Of a DNA stretch of 64,000 nucleotides, positions 10,255 through 18,516 are shown in pieces; the first letter of the stretch is position 1; each line of letters starts with the position of its first letter. The DNA comes from Candidatus Eiseniibacteriota bacterium (GTDB lineage Bacteria > Eisenbacteria > RBG-16-71-46 > JABDJR01): contig CAVSKL010000004.1 of the NCBI GenBank assembly GCA_963728475.1, positions 529,103 through 593,102 of the forward strand, in the 5' to 3' direction. Under the pieces are notes generated by a model that did not search any database, was not told where the DNA came from, and was given only the letters and a program-made list of their open reading frames with translations. Made by a program: the position numbers and the translations under genes.

Positions 10255-11135
10255 GGACGGTGCTGGTGACCGGAGCGGGCGGGTTCATCGCCCGGGCCGC
10301 CGCCCGCCGGCTCGCTGCCGGGGGGTGCCGGGTGATCGGGGTCTCTCATTCGGGGGCGGCCGGACCGGAGTACGCGCGTACGGTGCGGGCGGGCCTCGGA
10401 GATTCCCTGAATGGTCTCCTGGAGGGGGAGCGGCTGGACGCGGTGATCCACGCCGCGGTACACGCCGGCGAGGACGAGTACCGGGTGAACGTGGAGGGGA
10501 CCCGCCGGTGGCTCGCCGAGACCTCGGAACGCGGCGCGCCGCTCCAGGTCTTCCTGAGCACGCTCTCGGCCAGGCCCGATGCGCTCTCCGCCTACGGCCG
10601 CTCCAAGTACGCGCTGGAAGACCCGTTCGTGGCGGCCGGGGGCGCCGTCCTCCGCCTGGGGGTGGTGGTGGGGAACGGCGGCATGTTCGGAAAGATGGTG
10701 GAGTCGCTCCGGCGGGCCCCGGTGGTTCCGCTTCTTGACGGAGGACGAGGCCGGATTCATGTCCTAGGCATCGACTTCCTCGCGCTCCTGTTGGCCCGGA
10801 TCGTGACGGAGGACGGCGGAGGATTCCGGGGCCGGGTTCTCCATGTGCAGCAGCCCGAGCCCCATAGCTTGTCCGAGGTGCTGGAGGCGATCCGCCGCCA
10901 CTACGGGTTTTCCTGCCGGTTCGTGTCCGTGCCCCTGGGGCCGGTCGAGTTGGCGGTGGGAATCTTGGAGCGAATCCCCGGCGTCCGCCTCCCGGTGTCG
11001 GGGACCAACCTCAGGGGACTCCGTCAGAGCCGGAACGAGACCTTCCCATCCGACTTCCCGGAGCTGGGATTCCCGGTCGAGAGCCTGGACCAGCTCGTGG
11101 CCCGGGCCGCGGCCCGGGCGCGGGATGGAGGCTGA
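10251..11135 (+). CDS. NAD-dependent epimerase/dehydratase (SDR) family protein
   Basis: The ATG at 10251 overlaps the previous stop (ATGA). Rossmann motif MRTVLVTGAGGFIARAAARRL and the YxxxK-type motif YGRSKYALE. Track ORF 9726-11135 extends spuriously upstream. Confidence 0.75.
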   Translation: MRTVLVTGAGGFIARAAARRLAAGGCRVIGVSHSGAAGPEYARTVRAGLGDSLNGLLEGERLDAVIHAAVHAGEDEYRVNVEGTRRWLAETSERGAPLQVFLSTLSARPDALSAYGRSKYALEDPFVAAGGAVLRLGVVVGNGGMFGKMVESLRRAPVVPLLDGGRGRIHVLGIDFLALLLARIVTEDGGGFRGRVLHVQQPEPHSLSEVLEAIRRHYGFSCRFVSVPLGPVELAVGILERIPGVRLPVSGTNLRGLRQSRNETFPSDFPELGFPVESLDQLVARAAARARDGG

Positions 11136-11170
11136 GATCGGGGGCCCCGGCCCGGGTCACCCCGGACCGA

Positions 11171-12262
11171 TCAGGACCTGCTCACCGGAGCATCGGGGGT
11201 ATTCTGCATGTCGTACGCGACCGCCGAGAGCAGAAGCTGGAAGCCCAGGATGACCGGAATCGCAGCCAGCATCACCGTCCCCGTGGTGGCGGGCATGTGA
11301 CTCTGGCTGGAGTGGATCCACCGGAGCCCTCCGAACACCAGGCCCCACAGGACCAGGAGTGTGCCCGACACCAGGTACACCGATCCGATGGAGAAATCCA
11401 TCACGAAGTATTGCAGCCAGACTCGACGGGCAAGTCCCTTCAACAGCAGGGACGGGAATTCCCGCAAGGTTCGGGTGATGGAGAGCGAAGAAACATTGTC
11501 CAGGTACCGGGCGGGCATGCTTACGTCTACCACCACGGCCCGCAGGATGTTCAACTCTATCAACAGGCTGCTCTCGAAAAAGTAACGGGAATGGATCCGT
11601 TCCCGGCTCAGTTCGGTGAAAACCCGACTGGAAATCGCCGTATAGCCGTTGGTGGGATCGAAGATGTTCCAGTATCCGCTGGCCAGCTTGGTCAGGAACG
11701 ACAGGCCCAGATTGCCCCATCGGCGGATCAGGGGCATATGCAAGAGAGCCTCGTATTGTACGAATCGGTTGCCCTTGGCGTAGTCCGCCCGCCCTCGCAG
11801 AATGGGCCGGATCAGCGGGGAGAGAAATTCCGGGGCCATCTGTCCGTCCCCGTCCATCTTGACCATGATCGTGGCGCCCAACTCGACGGATTTGGCGTAG
11901 CCGGAGAGCATCGCCCCGCCCACGCCCCGGTTGACGGTGTGCCGGATCAGGCTCAGGCGCGGATCTGCCGCCGCCAGGGCTTCTTCGGCGCTTCGGTCCG
12001 GACTGGCATCGTCCACGGCGACGATCCCGGCCACCCAGTCCGGAATCGAGGCGATCACGTCACGGACGTGCGGCTCCACCCGGTACATGGGGATGACCAC
12101 GAACACCACGGGTTCGGGTTCGCCCCGCGCGACCTGGTGGGGTGGAAGGGCAAAGACGTCGACGGGATCCTGGTTGGTGGTCACTCGCTTCTTCCGTTGA
12201 GCGGGCGGGGGGGTCGCGGGTCCGGATGGGCTCTCAACCCGGGCGAAAAGCCGTCCTTGCAA
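11171..12262 (-). CDS. family 2 glycosyltransferase, GtrB/ArnC-like, with two C-terminal TM helices
   Basis: Motifs VVFVVIPMYRVE, VAVDDASPDRS and KMDGDGQM (DxD), plus the C-terminal helices SVYLVSGTLLVLWGLVFGGL and TVMLAAIPVILGFQLLLSAV. Start uncertain: TTG at 12262, or GTG at 12184 preceded by GGAAGAAG. Confidence 0.75.
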   Translation of the reverse strand: MQGRLFARVESPSGPATPPPAQRKKRVTTNQDPVDVFALPPHQVARGEPEPVVFVVIPMYRVEPHVRDVIASIPDWVAGIVAVDDASPDRSAEEALAAADPRLSLIRHTVNRGVGGAMLSGYAKSVELGATIMVKMDGDGQMAPEFLSPLIRPILRGRADYAKGNRFVQYEALLHMPLIRRWGNLGLSFLTKLASGYWNIFDPTNGYTAISSRVFTELSRERIHSRYFFESSLLIELNILRAVVVDVSMPARYLDNVSSLSITRTLREFPSLLLKGLARRVWLQYFVMDFSIGSVYLVSGTLLVLWGLVFGGLRWIHSSQSHMPATTGTVMLAAIPVILGFQLLLSAVAYDMQNTPDAPVSRS

Positions 12263-12405
12263 GGAATTAGATCCACATGGATTCTAGTGAAGGGCTCGAA
12301 GGGATGTCAATCACGGGACCGGAACCCCGGTGCGCGGTTCCCGGAGCGGTTGCGGCTCATTGAAGTGCGTCAGTATGATCTCCCCCTGCATTGAGGAGAG
12401 GATCC

Positions 12406-14085
12406 ATGAACGAGGATATTCAACGCGACGAGCTGGAGCTGGACGTGGTGTTCGTGGGGGCGGGACCGTCCGGGCTGGCCGGCGCGGTGCATCTCGCCGA
12501 CCTCATCGCCGATCACAACCGCCGGGTGGAGGCGGGGCAGGAAGCGCGCAAGCTCGAGCCCGCGATCGCGGTGATCGAGAAGGCGGCCGAGCCCGGCGCC
12601 CACATGCTCTCCGGAGCGGTCATGGATCCCCGGGGCCTGGACGCGCTCATTCCGAACTGGCGGGAGGAAGGCTGCCCGGTGGAGTCGGAGGTCACCGACG
12701 ACGCCATGCTCTACCTCACCGCCGGCCGCGCGATCAAGTCGCCCCTCACTCCGCCCCCCCTCCAGAATCACGGCAACTACGTGGTCTCGCTCTACCATCT
12801 GGTGCGCTGGTTGGCCGGGGAGGCGGAGAAGCGCGGGGTGGACGTGTTCCCGGGCTTTCCGGCGGCGGCCCTCCTCACCGAGGGGGCGCAGATCACCGGG
12901 GTGCGCACCGGGGACAAGGGCATCGACAAGCACGGGAACCGCAAGTCGAACTTCGAGCCGGGCGTGGACATCAAGGCCAAGGTCACCGTGCTCGCCGAGG
13001 GCACCCGCGGAAATCTCACCAAGCAGCTGGTGCGCGACCGGAACCTGGAGGGAACCAACCCCCAGACCTACGGGACCGGCATCAAGGAGGTGTGGAAGGT
13101 GCCGGCGGGGCGGATCAAGCCGGGCGCGGTCTACCACACCCTGGGGTGGCCGCTTCCCGCCGGCGTCTACGGCGGCGGCTGGATCTACGGCATGGCCGGC
13201 GACAAGGTCTCGGTCGGATACGTGGTGGGGCTCGACTACGGCAACCCCTATACCGATCCCCATCACGAGTTCCAGAAGTACAAGACCCACCCCTTCGTGA
13301 AGGCGATCCTGGACGGGGGGGAGATGCTCACCTACGGGGCGAAAACGGTCCCCCTGGGCGGCTGGTACTCCATGCCCAGGCGGGTGCTCCCGGGGGCGCT
13401 GATCGTGGGGGACTCCGCCGCCTTCCTGAACGCGGAACGCCTGAAGGGCGTGCACCTCGCCATCGAGAGCGGGATGATGGCGGCGAAGGCGATCTACGAG
13501 GCCCTGAAGGCGGAGGACTACTCCGAGGCCTCGCTCTCCCACTACGACGCGCTCTTCTCCACCAGCCCCGCGCGGGCCGAGCTGCTGAGCGTGCGGAACT
13601 TCCACCAGGGGTTCCGGAACGGCCGCTGGGCGGGAGTCCTGAACGCGGGGGTGCTCCTGGTCACCGGAGGGAAGGGTTTCGGCGAGGCGACCGGGGTGAT
13701 TCCCGACTACAAGCACATGAGGCGCAGGGCGGGGGAGCGGCCGCCCGCGCCGGTCAAGTTCGACGGCAAGCTCACCTTCGATAAGCTCACCGACGTGTAC
13801 AAGTCGGGGACGGTGCACGAAGAGGACCAGCCGTCGCACCTGGTGGTCAACGACACCGACATCTGCGCGGGACGCTGCGTGGAGGAGTACGGGAACCCCT
13901 GCCAGTACTTCTGCCCCGCCGCGGTGTACGAGATGGTGAAGGGGGACGCCCCGTCGGGGAAGCAGCTGCAGATCAACGCCTCGAACTGCGTGCATTGCAA
14001 GACCTGCGACATCATGGACCCCTACGCCATCATCACCTGGGTTCCCCCCGAGGGCGGCGGGGGACCCAAGTACGTGGATCTCTGA
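12406..14085 (+). CDS. electron-transfer flavoprotein:ubiquinone oxidoreductase (ETF-QO)
   Basis: ATG at 12406 preceded by GAGGAG (the track start 12391 is a TTG upstream). FAD fold DVVFVGAGPSGLAGA. C-terminal 4Fe-4S segment CPAAVYEM...NCVHCKTCDIMDP...WVPPEGGGGPKY. Confidence 0.9.
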   Translation: MNEDIQRDELELDVVFVGAGPSGLAGAVHLADLIADHNRRVEAGQEARKLEPAIAVIEKAAEPGAHMLSGAVMDPRGLDALIPNWREEGCPVESEVTDDAMLYLTAGRAIKSPLTPPPLQNHGNYVVSLYHLVRWLAGEAEKRGVDVFPGFPAAALLTEGAQITGVRTGDKGIDKHGNRKSNFEPGVDIKAKVTVLAEGTRGNLTKQLVRDRNLEGTNPQTYGTGIKEVWKVPAGRIKPGAVYHTLGWPLPAGVYGGGWIYGMAGDKVSVGYVVGLDYGNPYTDPHHEFQKYKTHPFVKAILDGGEMLTYGAKTVPLGGWYSMPRRVLPGALIVGDSAAFLNAERLKGVHLAIESGMMAAKAIYEALKAEDYSEASLSHYDALFSTSPARAELLSVRNFHQGFRNGRWAGVLNAGVLLVTGGKGFGEATGVIPDYKHMRRRAGERPPAPVKFDGKLTFDKLTDVYKSGTVHEEDQPSHLVVNDTDICAGRCVEEYGNPCQYFCPAAVYEMVKGDAPSGKQLQINASNCVHCKTCDIMDPYAIITWVPPEGGGGPKYVDL

Positions 14086-14150
14086 TCCTCCCCTGGATCG
14101 TCCCGGATGGAATCAGGCCGCCGTTGCGCGGCCGGAACTGGAGTTGAGCC

Positions 14151-15617
14151 ATGTCCGATCCGAAGGAGGCCGCGATCCGGCCCGGGAAACTCTTCATCGG
14201 CGGGGAGTGGGGGGACGCGGCCTCGGGAAAGACCTTCGAGACCGTGAATCCGGCCACCGAGGAGGTGCTGGCCACGGTGGCCGAAGCGGGGCCCGAGGAC
14301 GTGGACCGGGCGGTGGCCGAGGCGCGGGCCGCCTTCGACCGGACCTGGCGGAACACCCCCGGGGCCGAGCGCGGCCGGATCCTGGCGCGGGTGGCCGAGC
14401 TCATCCTGAACAACCGGGACGAGCTGGCGCTCCTCGAGACCCGCGACCAGGGGAAGGTGATCTTCGAGTCGTCGAAGGTGGACGTCCCCATGGCCGCCGA
14501 CACCTTCCACTACTACGCGGGCTGGGCGACCAAGCTCCACGGCCGCACGATCCCGGTCCGCCCCGACTTCCTCAACTACACGGTGGCCGAACCCTACGGG
14601 GTGGTAGGCCAGATCATCCCCTGGAATTTTCCGCTCCTGATGGCGGCGTGGAAGCTGGGACCGGCCCTGGCCGCGGGGAACACCGTGGTGTTGAAGCCGG
14701 CGGAACAGACGCCCCTGTCCGCGCTCCGGCTGGGGGAACTCCTGACCGAGGCCGGCCTCCCGCCGGGGGTGGTGAACATCGTGCCGGGGGCGGGTCCGGT
14801 GGCGGGGGCGGCCTTGGCCGCGCACCCGGGGGTGAACCGGCTCGCCTTCACTGGCTCCACCGGGGTGGGGCGGGCGATCATGCGGGCGTCGGCGGACCTT
14901 CCGCGCCCGGTGTCGCTGGAGCTGGGGGGTAAGTCGCCGAACGTGGTGTTTGCCGACGCCGACCTCGAGGCCGCGGCCAAGGGGGCGGTGCTGGGGATCT
15001 TCTACAACAAGGGCGAGGCCTGCACCGCGGGAAGCCGGCTCTTCGTGGAGCGTACGGTGGCCGGCGAGTTTGCCCGGACGGTGGCGGCGAGGGCGGCCCG
15101 GTCGCGCCCCGGGGACCCGCTCGACCCCAAGACCAAGATCGGGCCGCTGGTCTCCGCCGCCCAGCGGGACCGGGTGGAGCGTTACGTGAAGATCGGCCGG
15201 GAAGAGGGGGCGCGGGTCCTGATGGGCGGCGGTCGCGCCGTGGTGGGGGACGGCCGGGGCTACTTCTACGAACCCACCATCTTCACCGACGTGACCAACA
15301 CCATGACCATCGCCCGGGAGGAGATCTTCGGGCCGGTGCTCTCGGTGATCCCCTTCGACGGCGAGGAGGACCTGGTGGCCATGGCCAACGACAACCCTTA
15401 CGGCCTGGCCGCGGGGGTCTGGACCCGGGACGTGGGCAAGGCCCACCGGGTGGCGGCGGCGTTGGAGGCGGGCACGGTCTGGATCAATTCCTACGGCCTC
15501 TACAACGCCGCGGTGCCGTTCGGCGGCACCAAGCAGTCCGGCTTCGGCCGGGAGTTGGGCGAAGAGGGGGTGCGCGCCTACACCCGGACCAAGTCGGTAT
15601 GGGTGGGACTGGCGTAG
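14151..15617 (+). CDS. NAD(P)-dependent aldehyde dehydrogenase
   Basis: 488 aa. Motifs PWNFPLLMAAWK, the catalytic Glu in LELGGKSP, and the catalytic Cys in FYNKGEACTAGSR. Confidence 0.9.
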   Translation: MSDPKEAAIRPGKLFIGGEWGDAASGKTFETVNPATEEVLATVAEAGPEDVDRAVAEARAAFDRTWRNTPGAERGRILARVAELILNNRDELALLETRDQGKVIFESSKVDVPMAADTFHYYAGWATKLHGRTIPVRPDFLNYTVAEPYGVVGQIIPWNFPLLMAAWKLGPALAAGNTVVLKPAEQTPLSALRLGELLTEAGLPPGVVNIVPGAGPVAGAALAAHPGVNRLAFTGSTGVGRAIMRASADLPRPVSLELGGKSPNVVFADADLEAAAKGAVLGIFYNKGEACTAGSRLFVERTVAGEFARTVAARAARSRPGDPLDPKTKIGPLVSAAQRDRVERYVKIGREEGARVLMGGGRAVVGDGRGYFYEPTIFTDVTNTMTIAREEIFGPVLSVIPFDGEEDLVAMANDNPYGLAAGVWTRDVGKAHRVAAALEAGTVWINSYGLYNAAVPFGGTKQSGFGRELGEEGVRAYTRTKSVWVGLA

Positions 15618-16552
15618 GCGGCGACGTGCCCGTTTCCGGAGACCTCGACCGCCGGGTCCGGCTGGCCGCCTTTGCGTTCCTCGAGGAACAAACGATTCGC
15701 CACGGCGAAGTCCTGCCCCGGGACATCCTGGCGCGGGGGTTCGACTGGCAAGGGACCCGGGTCCCGTTCCTGGGGCCGCAGGGCATCTTCAAGCCGGCGG
15801 TCCTGCCGTACATCCCGCTCAGCATCACCACCGCCCCCGAGGTCCCGGGCAAACCCCGCCCTTACGACGATGAACATCGCCCCGACGGGTTGCTCCGCTA
15901 CCGGTATCGCGGGACCGATCCGAGCCATCGGGACAACGCCGGCCTGCGCGAGGCCTATCGGAGCCGGACCCCGCTCATCTATTTCTTCGGCCTGGTCCCG
16001 GGCCGGTATCTCCCGGTATGGCCGGTCTTCATCGAACACGACGACCCGGCGGAACTCTGCTTCCACGTGACCGTGGATGACCGGCGGCTCTATTCGTTCG
16101 CGGAGGCGGAGGCCTCGGACCGGGTCGCCGAATCCAGACGCGCCTATGTGACGGTGCTGACCCAGCAGCGGGTGCACCAGACCGGCTTCCGGGAACGGGT
16201 GCTGCGGGCATACCGCGAGCAGTGCGGAATCTGCCGCCTGCGCCACGCCGAGCTCCTGGAGGCCGCGCACATCCTTCCGGACAAGCATCCGCGCGGCGAG
16301 CCGGTGGTCACCAACGGGATCGCGCTCTGCCGCCTGCACCACGCCGCCTTCGACCGGAACTTCATCGGCGTGCGGCCGGACTCGGTGATCGAGGTCCGGC
16401 GCGACATCCTCGAGGAGGAGGACGGACCCATGCTCCTCCACGGGTTGAAGGGCTTCCACGGAGCGCTGCTCCATACCCCGGCGGCACCGCGCAGCCGGCC
16501 CAATCCCGAGTTCCTGCGGGAGCGGTACGCGCTCTTCAGACAGGCGCTCTGA
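15599..16552 (+). CDS. HNH endonuclease (HNH_2-type core) with uncharacterised N-terminal domain
   Basis: Core motif FRERVLRAYREQCGICRL...LLEAAHILP...NGIALCRLHHAAFD. The ATG at 15599 overlaps the ALDH by 19 nt; an alternative GTG at 15626 lies after the ALDH stop. Confidence 0.7.
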   Translation: MGGTGVGGDVPVSGDLDRRVRLAAFAFLEEQTIRHGEVLPRDILARGFDWQGTRVPFLGPQGIFKPAVLPYIPLSITTAPEVPGKPRPYDDEHRPDGLLRYRYRGTDPSHRDNAGLREAYRSRTPLIYFFGLVPGRYLPVWPVFIEHDDPAELCFHVTVDDRRLYSFAEAEASDRVAESRRAYVTVLTQQRVHQTGFRERVLRAYREQCGICRLRHAELLEAAHILPDKHPRGEPVVTNGIALCRLHHAAFDRNFIGVRPDSVIEVRRDILEEEDGPMLLHGLKGFHGALLHTPAAPRSRPNPEFLRERYALFRQAL

Positions 16553-16685
16553 CCGGCGCCGGGGACCCCGGGAAACACCCGGGTATCTCATCGTATTGCA
16601 GATAGATACCCGGGCAGTCGCGTTTCGTCAGCCCGCCGCCGGGCGGCCGGGCGGGCGGACCGGCCCCCCGGAGCGCGACGGACCT

Positions 16686-18185
16686 TCAGCGGTCCAGCTT
16701 CACCATGCGGGCGACGGCGGTGGACCCTCCGGTGGTGACACGGGCGAAGTAGACCCCCGCCGGCGCCGGGGTTCCGGCGTCGTCCCGCCCGTCCCAGACC
16801 AGGGTGTGCCGCCCCGGGGTCTGGGCGGCCGCGGTCAGCACCCGCACCCGCCGCCCCGAGGCGTCGAACACCGCGAGCAGGATCGGCGTGTCGTCGGCCA
16901 CCGAGTAGTGGATCTCGGTGCGAACGCGGAAGGGGTTGGGGGCGGGCGCCACCCGCGCTCCCGGCCCCTCGCCCAACCCGCCGTCCGCGACGCCGGTCAC
17001 CACCAGCCCGTGCGGCCCCGCCCCTGAGGGGGTGTAGCCGTGGCACACGTCGCAGTTCCTCAGGGTGCCGGCATGACCCTGGAGCGCGGCGGCCTGGAGA
17101 TTGTCCCGCGCCTCCCGCGAGGGGAGGATGGCGTGGGGGCTGTTGTGACAGGTGGGGCAATAGAGGTTCCCGTGGCCTCTGGAGTTCCGGTAGAGGGTAT
17201 TGGCCTCCTCGGCGTGGGCGGTGCCGTGGCAATCGCCGCAGCGAGGTTCCTGGAGCCACGGCTGGCGGCCGTTCTTGATGGTCTCGGCCACGTCGCGCAC
17301 GCTCCCGTGGCAGTTCTGGCAGACCAGGCCGAAGTCGGTGGCCATGGTGCCGCGCAGGCACTGGGTGGTGGGACCCGGGTGACATTGGTAGCAGTTGTTG
17401 GTCTCCTCGGAGTGCTGGTCGTGCATGGCCTCGGAAAGGCTGGGGAGGTTCGGCATGCCGGGGGTTCCGAGAGCGTTGCTGGCGTGGCAGCTCGCGCACA
17501 GGACCGGCGTGGAAGTCGCGAGATGGGTGCCGTTCTCGTTGTCGTGAAGCCGGAGGATGGCGTGCTCCACCGTCTCGCCGGTACCGGGGTGGTGGCAGTT
17601 GGAGCACATCATCTCGTTCGAGATCGGCAGCACGATCCGGGTCTCGGCGATCTTCGCCGCCCCGTCGTAAGCCTCCAGGATCCCGAGCTGGAACGGGGCC
17701 GGGTTCACCAGGTCGTTGTCGGTGAAGGGGGTGAGGGGGATCCCGAAGGCGTCGAAGTGGTCGGACTTGGGATCGAGATTGCCGGAGAGACCCTTCCCGG
17801 CCAGGCCGACGTTGTCCGGAAGCGATGCCCCGAAGATCTGCGGGGCGTAGGTCCAGAAGTCGGTCTTTCCCACCGAGTACGTGTTGTTCTCAATCCGGTA
17901 GGTGACGGTATAGGGGTTCACCACGATCCCCGGCAAGGTGGACGCCGACCCGCGGAGGATGATCACGGCCCAGACGTTGTTGTACGGGGGAAGCACGGTC
18001 AAGTCCTGGAACCGGGCGTTCGCGCAGTGCATCCCGAGGTCGTTCCAGCCGATCACGATGTACGGTCCGAGGGCGGCCGGGGCGGCATCGTAGGGCGGGG
18101 GCGAGGCGAGGGCGGTGGGCACGGCGGTCAGGGCGAGGATCAGGACCAGCACGGCGAAAGCAGACCGACGGCGGATGGGAAGCAT
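16686..18185 (-). CDS. exported heptaheme c-type cytochrome with C-terminal FlgD-Ig/T9SS-like sorting domain
   Basis: ATG at 18185 (plus-strand cat 18183-18185) with a GGAGGA RBS upstream. Signal peptide MLPIRRRSAFAVLVLILALTAVPTALA. Seven CXXCH motifs: CSNCH, CASCH, CYQCH, CQNCH, CGDCH, CPTCH, CDVCH. C-terminal 88 aa: ...PNPFRVRTEIHY...VFDASGRRVRVL...GVYFARV...MVKLDR. Confidence 0.8.
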   Translation of the reverse strand: MLPIRRRSAFAVLVLILALTAVPTALASPPPYDAAPAALGPYIVIGWNDLGMHCANARFQDLTVLPPYNNVWAVIILRGSASTLPGIVVNPYTVTYRIENNTYSVGKTDFWTYAPQIFGASLPDNVGLAGKGLSGNLDPKSDHFDAFGIPLTPFTDNDLVNPAPFQLGILEAYDGAAKIAETRIVLPISNEMMCSNCHHPGTGETVEHAILRLHDNENGTHLATSTPVLCASCHASNALGTPGMPNLPSLSEAMHDQHSEETNNCYQCHPGPTTQCLRGTMATDFGLVCQNCHGSVRDVAETIKNGRQPWLQEPRCGDCHGTAHAEEANTLYRNSRGHGNLYCPTCHNSPHAILPSREARDNLQAAALQGHAGTLRNCDVCHGYTPSGAGPHGLVVTGVADGGLGEGPGARVAPAPNPFRVRTEIHYSVADDTPILLAVFDASGRRVRVLTAAAQTPGRHTLVWDGRDDAGTPAPAGVYFARVTTGGSTAVARMVKLDR

Positions 18186-18516
18186 GTTCTTTTCCTCCAC
18201 GGACCCGGTTTCGAGAACCGCCGAACCGGTTCCGGGGCCGGGGGCACGGGCCCTCCGCCGGAACCGGAAAGAGCGTGGCATCGTGTGTTCCCGAGGAATG
18301 GACGCCGGAGGAGAAAGGGATAGGCGGAGAATCCGGTCCCCGCCCCATGGGGTGCGCGGACCGGTAGCGGGAGGAACGGGGGCACCGTCTCACCGAATCT
18401 TCCCGGCCCGCGGACGATTCGTCAATGAGCGCGATCAAGAGGGCGATCCGTGTCAGGACCGGTCGACCGGTCCCCGGAGAGCGGCGCCGGCGCAAGCCGA
18501 ACGGCCGGCCTGGGGG

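Noticed and set aside
12264-12290. Near-palindrome ATCCA-CA-TGGAT in the divergent promoter region between the GT2 gene and the ETF-QO gene
   Set aside because: Only 5-bp arms with an odd 2-nt centre, which is easily a chance occurrence. There is no second copy in the window.
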